Below are positions 1 through 6,897 of a stretch of DNA of 64,000 nucleotides, piece after piece. The stretch lies in contig JAKSNU010000001.1 of the NCBI GenBank assembly GCA_024399535.1, positions 5,628 through 69,627 on the forward strand. Direction: 5' to 3'. The translations under genes and the position numbers were made by a program. The DNA is from Paludibacteraceae bacterium (GTDB lineage: Bacteria; Bacteroidota; Bacteroidia; Bacteroidales; Paludibacteraceae). Numbering within the stretch: the stretch's first letter is position 1; every line of letters starts with the position of its first letter. The notes under the pieces are model-generated. The model had not been told where the DNA came from and made no database searches. It saw nothing but the letters and a program-made list of their open reading frames with translations.

Positions 1-2269
1 GTCTTTTGCGGAACTTGGCATTCTCGTCTTCTTTGGCTCGCTGATATTTCTCAATAGCAGCACGAACATTAGCATCGTTAAATTCGCGTGCAGTCTCGAC
101 GACAATCCTTGTGTTTTCGTCTATTATACCATCGATTAGGAGATTGTTAATCTGTCGGCGAAGTTGATGAAGCACACGCATAACCATAGGATTGCGGAAA
201 ACATTGGTGGCAGGCGAGTTCAAGAGACGGAGAGACAAGAGGTTGCCATTGTGCCATAAAGTCCTTTCCTTTGCCTTAGGGTAGATGTCAATGGCAGAGG
301 GATGATACAAGACAGTGGAAAGGTCAATGTCTTTGTATTTGTCAGAAACCATATCACCGAAATGTTCTGTGATGAAGTCAGCAATAGCATCTGTCAGTTT
401 AGGAACCTTGACCATTTTGCGTTCAGAATCAGCAAAGAAACCCTGATACAAGACGGCGACACGATCAAGCATTTTTTGTTTTTCCTCGGCAGATTTATCT
501 CGCCAGACTTTCGGTGAAAACATATCCTCGCTGAACTTTCTCACGTCTTTGCGGTCGTCATCGTCTATGATATATGAAGTGTCGTTGATAGCGAATTTCT
601 TCTCGTCAGGCAACATCCTATAGTATGTGATGACATTGTTGGCAATGCGGCTGCAAGTGTTTTCAAATGCCACATTTTCTTTGAGCACATCGTATGCGTC
701 AAGCATGGTGTCTTTGTTTCTCTCCCAATTAGCAATACCGATAATATCAGCAACCTTAGCCCAAAGGACAGCATCAGAATATATGAGTCCTTCGAAGAGA
801 AGCCTATTGATGTTGTTGATGGCTTTGAGCGAAAGGTTGGCATAGCCGTCACTTATCGCAGACCAAAGTTTAACCATGACGGTGGATTTGTCGTCGTCAA
901 GATGCTCAGCGCAGAAATCCATGATGTCCTCGGCATCATCAGCCGCAAAACAAACATGCCAAAGTTCATCATAATTATATAGTTTCACCTTGTCTTTTTC
1001 CCTTGAGGAATGACCGCCGAGTGTGGCATTTTTCCAATCATCACCCAACAACTGCTTCAGTCTATTGATTACGGGACAACCAGATACGGTTGTGTTGTTT
1101 TTGTAGTTAAGATAAAGGACTTTGCCAGTGTAGCTGAAATGGTTGATGAGGAATTTTTCGATGTCAGAGAACTTGAATGTTTTTTTTGCCCTGGTGAAAA
1201 TCCCGTCGAACAGTTCCCTCTTGACCTGCAAGTCAAGAGGACGGAAATCCTCGTTTTCGTCAAGACGATATTTGATGTTGTTGATTAAAGTCCAAGCCCT
1301 GAACTCCTCAAACTCAGGACGGCTGATAGGGCAACGACTTTTGGATGGTTCAAGAGTACATTTGCCGACAGTTCCTTTCTGTGAACGCAGAGGACGTTTG
1401 AAGAAGATTGAACCTTCGTTGCGCTTGCGGCTGAGTATCTCCAAACCAAAATCCTTGTCCACGTCTATGTCCTGACACTGGAATATAGCACGCACCTCTT
1501 CCTCATAAAGATCACGAACAGCCTGAAACTCACCATTACCCCTTACCCTTATTCCGTCACGTTCCATCATGGCGAAAGCAACACCTGCGGTTTTGCATCC
1601 GTTTTCCGTCATATAATTCTTTAGTCCAGAACTCTTTTTCTTTTCAGATTCCTTCAAAGCATCAAACATTTCGACCTCCTGAACCTCAGCATTCTTTTCA
1701 GTAGCCTCTTTCTCCATATCGTTCAAAGTCTCACCTTTGCTGCTTTTGAAGCCACGTCTCTGGGCAATATGATAGAGGGCACGCCCGAGTTTGAAGCGGT
1801 TAATCTGTTGAGAAAGGTCAAGTTTTGTTTCGGCAAGTTCAGCCCTCAGCTGATATGGAGAAGAGTAGTCTGGAATGCCGTCAAGATTGAAGTCAAGTCT
1901 TACCCACTGCTCGAATTTGTAGTTTTCGATAGGATACAGACGTTTGACAGCTTTGCTTTTGTCATAATGCCGCCACCTGTCAAGCTCATCAATGGACAAA
2001 GGACAGTAGCCATATTTAATCAAAACATCAAGAGTCCGCCATATCCTGTATCTGCGTGCTTGATTAAGCCTCCGTGAACTGCGGTGTTTGGTTCGTTCAG
2101 CAGCCAGACTTTTGATTGTACCTTTGTCCGTACGTCCTGTTCCTTCTTCAAATATCACAGAAGTAAAAAAAACAAGCTGATCTGATACTTTTCCTTCAAT
2201 GTCAGTGTCTCTTACACTTAATCCTATCGAATTGGTTCCCAAGTCGATACCTAAAACTTTACCTGCCAT
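1..2269 (-). CDS. cas9: Cas9 (type II CRISPR endonuclease), N-terminal ~756 codons; ORF continues beyond the left window edge
   Basis: Not in the ORF track because there is no in-window stop. Hand translation from the ATG at 2269..2267 (minus) gives MAGKVLGIDLGTNSIGLSV (RuvC-I motif with catalytic Asp). It also gives an Arg-rich bridge helix AAERTKHRSSRRLNQARRYRI, ALYHIAQRRGFKS, NPMVMRVLHQLRRQINNLL, and a RuvC-II-like RIVVETAREFN near codon ~735. The frame stays open to position 1. No listed minus-strand ORF shares this frame, which fits one uninterrupted open-ended ORF. Confidence 0.9.
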   Translation of the reverse strand, partial: MAGKVLGIDLGTNSIGLSVRDTDIEGKVSDQLVFFTSVIFEEGTGRTDKGTIKSLAAERTKHRSSRRLNQARRYRIWRTLDVLIKYGYCPLSIDELDRWRHYDKSKAVKRLYPIENYKFEQWVRLDFNLDGIPDYSSPYQLRAELAETKLDLSQQINRFKLGRALYHIAQRRGFKSSKGETLNDMEKEATEKNAEVQEVEMFDALKESEKKKSSGLKNYMTENGCKTAGVAFAMMERDGIRVRGNGEFQAVRDLYEEEVRAIFQCQDIDVDKDFGLEILSRKRNEGSIFFKRPLRSQKGTVGKCTLEPSKSRCPISRPEFEEFRAWTLINNIKYRLDENEDFRPLDLQVKRELFDGIFTRAKKTFKFSDIEKFLINHFSYTGKVLYLNYKNNTTVSGCPVINRLKQLLGDDWKNATLGGHSSREKDKVKLYNYDELWHVCFAADDAEDIMDFCAEHLDDDKSTVMVKLWSAISDGYANLSLKAINNINRLLFEGLIYSDAVLWAKVADIIGIANWERNKDTMLDAYDVLKENVAFENTCSRIANNVITYYRMLPDEKKFAINDTSYIIDDDDRKDVRKFSEDMFSPKVWRDKSAEEKQKMLDRVAVLYQGFFADSERKMVKVPKLTDAIADFITEHFGDMVSDKYKDIDLSTVLYHPSAIDIYPKAKERTLWHNGNLLSLRLLNSPATNVFRNPMVMRVLHQLRRQINNLLIDGIIDENTRIVVETAREFNDANVRAAIEKYQRAKEDENAKFRKR

Positions 2270-2292
2270 ATAATAATTTTTTTGTTTTTTTC

Positions 2293-2323
2293 TTTGTCAC
2301 GTCAGAAAATATTACTACCTTTG
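2293..2323 (+). promoter_or_regulatory. Bacteroidetes-type promoter for the tracrRNA candidate (-33 TTTG 2293-2296, -7 TACCTTTG 2316-2323)
   Basis: TTTG and TAnnTTTG separated by 19 nt, matching the Bacteroides sigma-A consensus spacing. No ORF lies downstream. Confidence 0.6.
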
Positions 2324-2328
2324 CACCC

Positions 2329-2421
2329 GTAAAAAGATACTAAGTGAAAGACTTTTCACAACAAGGCTATAAGCCGAAGAATCTCTAAGCTCTGCGCTCC
2401 GTGCGTGGAGCTATTTTTTTT
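2329..2421 (+). ncRNA. tracrRNA candidate (~92 nt), divergent from cas9
   Basis: Four parts in order. Putative anti-repeat at 2329-2362, GTAAAAAGATACTAAGTGAAAGACTTTTCACAAC. Nexus-like AAGGCTATAAGCC at 2363-2375 (GGCT/AGCC hairpin preceded by AA). A 10-bp terminator stem 2388-2397/2403-2412. T8 at 2414-2421. It sits 60 nt from the cas9 start codon on the opposite strand. Ends are approximate. Confidence 0.65.
2388..2421 (+). terminator. Intrinsic terminator of the tracrRNA candidate
   Basis: AGCTCTGCGC / GCGTGGAGCT stem (10 bp including 2 G:U), loop TCCGT, then A + T8. Confidence 0.7.
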
Positions 2422-2427
2422 CCGCTG

Positions 2428-2459
2428 CAAAGTTACAAACAATTATTGGTTTATACAAA
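2428..2459 (-). promoter_or_regulatory. Probable cas9 promoter (minus strand: -33 TTTG 2459-2456, -7 TAACTTTG 2435-2428)
   Basis: The reverse complement reads TTTG-(20 nt)-TAACTTTGCAGCG. The extended GTAACTTTGCAGCG is identical to the promoters at 20939 and 39546. The predicted TSS near 2421 gives a ~150-nt leader to the cas9 ATG. Confidence 0.6.
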
Positions 2460-2671
2460 TTTTCGTTCTTTAATTATGGCGAATCCGAGATAATTAAAAA
2501 TAAGTCCGATTATTTATTTTCTTCATTTCCTGACGTTCGTCAAACATTTCGATTTCTGCCCAGCATTATGTGAACCTTTGTTTCGTTCGACCATCATCCG
2601 ATAATACAAGTGCATTATCGGACGGTGAATATTCGAAAATGGGGTTCACCTAAAACGATGGTAATAGCAGA

Positions 2672-2741
2672 TTGAAAAGAGACGGAGCAGGCTCCGTCAT
2701 TACAGCCGATATGCCTTATAAAACCTAAACAAAATATTTCA
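2672..2741 (-). ncRNA. Candidate short RNA (~65-70 nt) from the orphan promoter, ending at a hairpin plus weak U-tract
   Basis: Minus-strand -7 box at 2754-2747. Hairpin GACGGAG/CTCCGTC (2681-2687/2692-2698, 4-nt loop) followed on the minus strand by TCTTTTC. No ORF longer than 16 codons. Speculative; transcription may instead read through towards cas9. Confidence 0.3.
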
Positions 2742-2746
2742 CGCTG

Positions 2747-2754
2747 CAAAGTTA
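2747..2754 (-). promoter_or_regulatory. Orphan -7 box (TAACTTTG, extended GTAACTTTGCAGCG) with no ORF downstream for ~470 nt
   Basis: Exact copy of the 14-nt extended -7 motif seen at three other promoters in this window. No clear -33 TTTG. Confidence 0.45.
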
Positions 2755-2846
2755 CACATTCACTTGCCGATATTTCCGTACAGTGATATTTTTTTTCAAA
2801 AAAAATTATTTCTACGTTTTATACTCTCATTATCAGTTTTTATTAT

Positions 2847-2854
2847 TAACTTTG
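2847..2854 (+). promoter_or_regulatory. -7 box TAACTTTG upstream of the WYL regulator gene
   Basis: TAnnTTTG motif 109 nt upstream of the ATG at 2963, and divergent from the orphan minus-strand box ~90 bp away. Confidence 0.5.
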
Positions 2855-2962
2855 CAACGTCATATTAAACTGCTGTATCGCCCCCTTTATTGATACTCAC
2901 AAAATCTTGGCAAATGGTGGCTAATAAAAGGAGTTTGATTAGTACAAAAACACAATATCGCT

Positions 2963-3874
2963 ATGAATGTAACTTTCAGGTTAGTCTGGCTCATCGACAC
3001 ACTTATGAGTCGTAAATCACTCTCGTTTGAGGAGATTTCGGACCTCTGGAGCCGAAACACATTCCTCAACAACGGTTCACGCCTGCCTCGCAGCACTTTC
3101 AGCGACTGGGTACGCGAAATACGCGACCTCTTCGGCATCAGAATAGAATACGACCGCAGCAACCTGCAAAAATACGTAATCACGAACCTCGACGAGATGC
3201 GTGACAACACTACTGCAAATTGGATTATCAACTCTATATCGGTCTGCAACACCCTCAGCCAATACAAAGATATGAAGGATCGTGTCATCATCGAAGATAT
3301 ACCATCAGGACAACCACACCTTGACACTATCATCAACGCTATGCGCGACTGCCACCCTATCCAAATCGAATACCACAACTTCAGACGCGACGACCATAAA
3401 TTGCACACTTTGCAACCGAGTTTCGTGAAGTTATTCGAACGGCGGTGGTATGTGTCCGCTTTCTCGGTTGAAAACAACGAGCAGCGTGTCTATTCGCTCG
3501 ACCGCATAAAATCAATCACCGTGCTGACCGACAGTTCGTACACCTACGACCCAAAGGTGCAATCGCACGATGCTATCTACGACCGTTGCACTGGCATATT
3601 CACCTCCGACAACAAGCCGGTGGAAATAGTTTTCCGCACATCGAAGCTTCAAGCTAAATACCTCACGAGTCTCCCTCTGCATCAGTCGCAGAAAATCGTT
3701 CGGCAGACACAAATCAAAACAACGTTTTCGATAATGGTCGCCCCTACTATCGACCTTAACCGCAAATTCCTGTCGCTCGGTGCAAATGTCGAAATAATCT
3801 CGCCTAAATGGTACCGTCAAGAGATACGCGAGGAGTGTGCTCGAATGGCAAAAATGTATAAAATATTAAGATAA
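2963..3874 (+). CDS. HTH-WYL domain transcriptional regulator
   Basis: 303 aa. The N-terminus FRLVWLIDTLMSRKSLSFEEISDLW is wHTH-like. The central ERRWYVSAFSVENNEQRVYSLDRI matches the WYL-domain signature, followed by a C-terminal extension. Confidence 0.8.
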   Translation: MNVTFRLVWLIDTLMSRKSLSFEEISDLWSRNTFLNNGSRLPRSTFSDWVREIRDLFGIRIEYDRSNLQKYVITNLDEMRDNTTANWIINSISVCNTLSQYKDMKDRVIIEDIPSGQPHLDTIINAMRDCHPIQIEYHNFRRDDHKLHTLQPSFVKLFERRWYVSAFSVENNEQRVYSLDRIKSITVLTDSSYTYDPKVQSHDAIYDRCTGIFTSDNKPVEIVFRTSKLQAKYLTSLPLHQSQKIVRQTQIKTTFSIMVAPTIDLNRKFLSLGANVEIISPKWYRQEIREECARMAKMYKILR

Positions 3875-3887
3875 AAATGATAGAGTT

Positions 3888-4387
3888 ATGAAAAAACTAT
3901 TTACATTATTAATCGTTTTGACAGCAAGTCTGTCGGCAATGGCGTACGACTTCGAGAAAGATGGTATCTATTACAACATCACCGGCAATTCTACAGTCGA
4001 TTACACTGCCAAACAGCCTGACAACCATAAAAAATTATGCCTTCAACAAATGCACAAGTCTGAAATCGGTCGTCGTTCCGGGCAGTGTAACGCAGAATAC
4101 ACGAGGGACTCGCCACAATCGGCTATGCAGATTTCGCAAATTGTCCCGCCTTGCGTTCGGTGGATATGCCTGCCTCGCTGACAGCCATCATGGAACAAGC
4201 ATTCTACGGTAGCAATGAATTAACGACCATAGTATGCCGTACGGCAACACCTATCGTCATTCCTTCAAACGTATTTACGAATTATGACGCAAACCTATAC
4301 GTGCCCGAAGAGAGTGTCGATGCATACGAAACAGCCACACATTGGAAGAATTTCAATATGTGGCAACCGACGGCAGACAATCGATGA
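3888..4387 (+). pseudogene. BspA-like leucine-rich-repeat surface protein, disrupted by two +1 frameshifts
   Basis: Three consecutive ORFs in frames 0/1/2 (3888, 3961, 4151) together read as one gene: signal peptide [29 protein letters not shown] units [32 protein letters not shown] and [35 protein letters not shown], and the tail LYVPEESVDAYETATHWKNF. The shifts lie near 3985-4000 and 4090-4105. Confidence 0.75.
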
Positions 4388-4418
4388 AGTTCAGCCGTTG
4401 AGCAGAGTCAGATTTATC

Positions 4419-5378
4419 CTAATACAGCATATTCAGAGCTGAAGGAATAATAGATATGTCGTAGTCGGTGATAGCGGAGGAGATACGTTTGGAATCAGCT
4501 CGTGCGTCAATCACTACCCCATCAGCCTCGAAAAGCTGAGGTCGCTGGGTGTGCAGGTGGAGATGAGGTGTCGAGAAGTTGCGGGCAATGTCCATCTCGT
4601 AGAGATGACCACCATGAAGACGCGAGAGACCAGACAAGATTTTCGGCAGAGAAGGGTTAGGCACTACGGTGGCAAACATCTTGCCATCAGTAGGGTCGCC
4701 GTCGTTCATCTTCATTCCACCGCCTGAGTAGCAACCATTACCGACCGAGATAGTATAAATCTTGGCTGAGAGCGTATCGCCCTCGTCGGACGTAATGGTC
4801 ATCTTCGAAGAGCGGTGGGTGAAAGCAGCAGTCACGGCAGAGATGAAATAGAGCCAAGAATGTCCACCGAAAAGCCGTTTCAGCTTGTTGGTGTAATAGA
4901 CCACCTCGGAATCAAGCCCCATGCCGAGACCGTTGAGGAAATACTCACAACGGTTTTCGGAACCTACGCGATAGTTGAGGCAGCCGATATCGACACGCTG
5001 GCTGCGGGGATTGCGGAGGATTGAGACAATGTCGGTCTTGCCGCGATAGAGCCCCCAATAGCGCGCCCAATCGTTGCCTGTGCCGCAGGGCAGCAGCGCC
5101 AACGACACTTCGGATTTATCGGCAAGCGAGGAGGAGTATATCCCGTTCACCACCTCGTGGAGAGTGCCATCACCCCCCATTATGAGAAACTTGCGGAAAC
5201 CTTTGTCTTCGATGAGATTACGGGCTATTTCGATGGCATGACCCACGTATTCGGTGCTGAAATGAGCGAAATCAATGCCTGCGTTCTTCAAGCTCCAGGC
5301 TATGCTTTTCCACTGACTTTTCAGGCGTCGCGTTCCTGCCGTATAGTTAACTATTATTGCCCACTTTGTATTGTTCAT
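4419..5378 (-). CDS. Diacylglycerol/lipid kinase family protein (YegS/BmrU-like)
   Basis: 319 aa with the GGDGTLHEVVNG motif and a catalytic-domain layout typical of the DAGK_cat family. Confidence 0.85.
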   Translation of the reverse strand: MNNTKWAIIVNYTAGTRRLKSQWKSIAWSLKNAGIDFAHFSTEYVGHAIEIARNLIEDKGFRKFLIMGGDGTLHEVVNGIYSSSLADKSEVSLALLPCGTGNDWARYWGLYRGKTDIVSILRNPRSQRVDIGCLNYRVGSENRCEYFLNGLGMGLDSEVVYYTNKLKRLFGGHSWLYFISAVTAAFTHRSSKMTITSDEGDTLSAKIYTISVGNGCYSGGGMKMNDGDPTDGKMFATVVPNPSLPKILSGLSRLHGGHLYEMDIARNFSTPHLHLHTQRPQLFEADGVVIDARADSKRISSAITDYDISIIPSALNMLY

Positions 5379-6319
5379 ATTATCTGATCCATAAGAGTCA
5401 GGGCTGTCATCGAACGGACCACTGCCGCCGCACGAGGGGCAATGACACGGTCGTGACGACCCGATATTGTTAATAATGTGTTCTGACGATCATCCGTCAC
5501 CGTATGTTGCGGCAGCGAGATGGAAGGGACAGGTTTGAAGACCACATCAAACATAATCTCCTCGCCAGTGGAGATACCGCCTAATATTCCGCCTGCATGG
5601 TTAGTGAGAAAACGGAGATGCCCATCGGCATATTCCATCTGGTCGTTGTGCACGGAACCTGACATACCAAACGAGGCAGCCCCTGAACCATATTCGAACG
5701 AACGGCAGGCAGGGATTGAAAACATAGCATCAGCGAGACGTGCCTGGAGTTTAGAGAAGAGAGGAGTGCCCTTGCCGGCAGGCATACCTTTCACCGAACA
5801 ATGGACAGCACTGCCGACAGAATCGTTCACAGGAATAACATCAGGCATAGTGACCGAAGTCTCGATAGTCACACCATGAGTCTGCTCCAACCATTGTTCG
5901 GCAAGCGAACCAGCAACGACACGGGCTACAGTCTCGCGCGCCGAAGCACGTCCGCCACCACGATAATCGCGTATGCCATAGCGGAGGTCGTAGGTAAGGT
6001 CGGCATGAGAAGGACGATAGACGTGACGCAAAGCATCGTAATCGCAGGAACGCTGGCAGACATTGCGCACAATGAAAGCTATCGGCGTGCCGAGAGTCAC
6101 ACCGTCGAGAATGCCCGAAAGCCATTCGACCTCGTCAGGTTCGCGGCGTGACGTATCAGTAGCCACACAGGAAGGAGCACGCGACGCAAGAGCCGCCGCC
6201 ACCCTACCGAAATCAATCCTGAACCGGGAAGGGAAGCCGTCCAACACGCCACCCACGGCAGGTCCGTGGGACTCGCCAAAGGTTGTCAGGACGAGACGCT
6301 CGCCAAATGAGTTGTTCAT
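5375..6319 (-). CDS. aroC: Chorismate synthase-like protein (short, divergent)
   Basis: 314 aa. It has LTTFGESHGPAVGGVLDG, RPSHADLTYDLRYGIRDYRGGGRASARET, NHAGGILGGISTGE and GRHD. It is shorter than typical AroC and has substitutions in conserved motifs (see findings). Confidence 0.75.
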   Translation of the reverse strand: MNNSFGERLVLTTFGESHGPAVGGVLDGFPSRFRIDFGRVAAALASRAPSCVATDTSRREPDEVEWLSGILDGVTLGTPIAFIVRNVCQRSCDYDALRHVYRPSHADLTYDLRYGIRDYRGGGRASARETVARVVAGSLAEQWLEQTHGVTIETSVTMPDVIPVNDSVGSAVHCSVKGMPAGKGTPLFSKLQARLADAMFSIPACRSFEYGSGAASFGMSGSVHNDQMEYADGHLRFLTNHAGGILGGISTGEEIMFDVVFKPVPSISLPQHTVTDDRQNTLLTISGRHDRVIAPRAAAVVRSMTALTLMDQII

Positions 6320-6325
6320 ACAGCG

Positions 6326-6886
6326 TCAATCGTGGCAACCGTGGCACGAAGAGCAGCAATCGTCGGAACAATCGCCACCACAGCCATGACAATGATGAGG
6401 GTGAAGCAGTTCGTTCAGTTCTTCGTCGGAAGGTTTGGTCACAGATATAATCCTGCCGCTGAAATAGAGGTCTTCGCCAGCGAGAGGATGGTTGAGGTCA
6501 ACACGCACCTCGTTCTCCTTCACCTCAACGACCTCGGCATTCAGGCGATTTCCCTCAGCATCGACGAGAGGTACAATAACGCCAGCCATAATCTTGGTTT
6601 CGTCGAACTTGCCATTGATACAGAATATATTTTTAGGAAGGTCGATGATGTCGTCCTCGCTATATTCGCCATAAGCTTCGGCAACAGGAATCATAAATTC
6701 GAAAGTGTCGCCCTCGGCAAGGCCAGCGAGATTGCCCTCGAAGGCAGGAAGCATCATGCCCATACCCTGCACATATTGCAGCGGCTGCTCGGGAGATGTC
6801 TCCTCCCACAGTTCGAAATTACCTTCTTCGTTTTTGGTCTGCAAACGATATTGCAGAATCACAAGAGTTTTGTCTTCAATTTTCAT
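6326..6886 (-). CDS. slyD: FKBP-type peptidyl-prolyl isomerase SlyD with a Cys/His-rich metal-binding tail
   Basis: 186 aa with an FKBP plus IF-domain pattern (LNHPLAGEDLYFSGRI). The C-terminus is HPHHCHGCGGDCSDDCCSSCHGCHD. Confidence 0.8.
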   Translation of the reverse strand: MKIEDKTLVILQYRLQTKNEEGNFELWEETSPEQPLQYVQGMGMMLPAFEGNLAGLAEGDTFEFMIPVAEAYGEYSEDDIIDLPKNIFCINGKFDETKIMAGVIVPLVDAEGNRLNAEVVEVKENEVRVDLNHPLAGEDLYFSGRIISVTKPSDEELNELLHPHHCHGCGGDCSDDCCSSCHGCHD

Positions 6887-6897
6887 ATAAACATAAT

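Noticed and set aside
2418-2760. Two copies of gctgcaaagttaca (2424-2437 and 2744-2757), which at first looked like a direct repeat or degenerate CRISPR repeat
   Set aside because: The reverse complement is GTAACTTTGCAGC(G), the extended -7 promoter motif also present at 20939 and 39546 on the plus strand. These are promoter boxes, not repeat-spacer units.
2789-2805. T8-C-A8 palindrome between the divergent promoter boxes
   Set aside because: A pure A/T stem is too weak for a terminator. It is kept only as a possible bent-DNA or operator feature within the WYL finding.
2914-3015. 33-codon ORF (MVANKRSLISTKTQYRY...) overlapping the WYL gene start; considered as an anti-CRISPR-like or N-terminal extension
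   Set aside because: It is in a different frame from the WYL ORF. The WYL N-terminus from the ATG at 2963 (FRLVWLIDTL) already matches the family start, and there is no independent support.
3888-4387. Three separate small genes (97, 83 and 78 aa) as listed in the ORF track
   Set aside because: LRR motifs continue across the frame changes, and only the first ORF has a signal peptide. This is better explained as one frameshifted gene.
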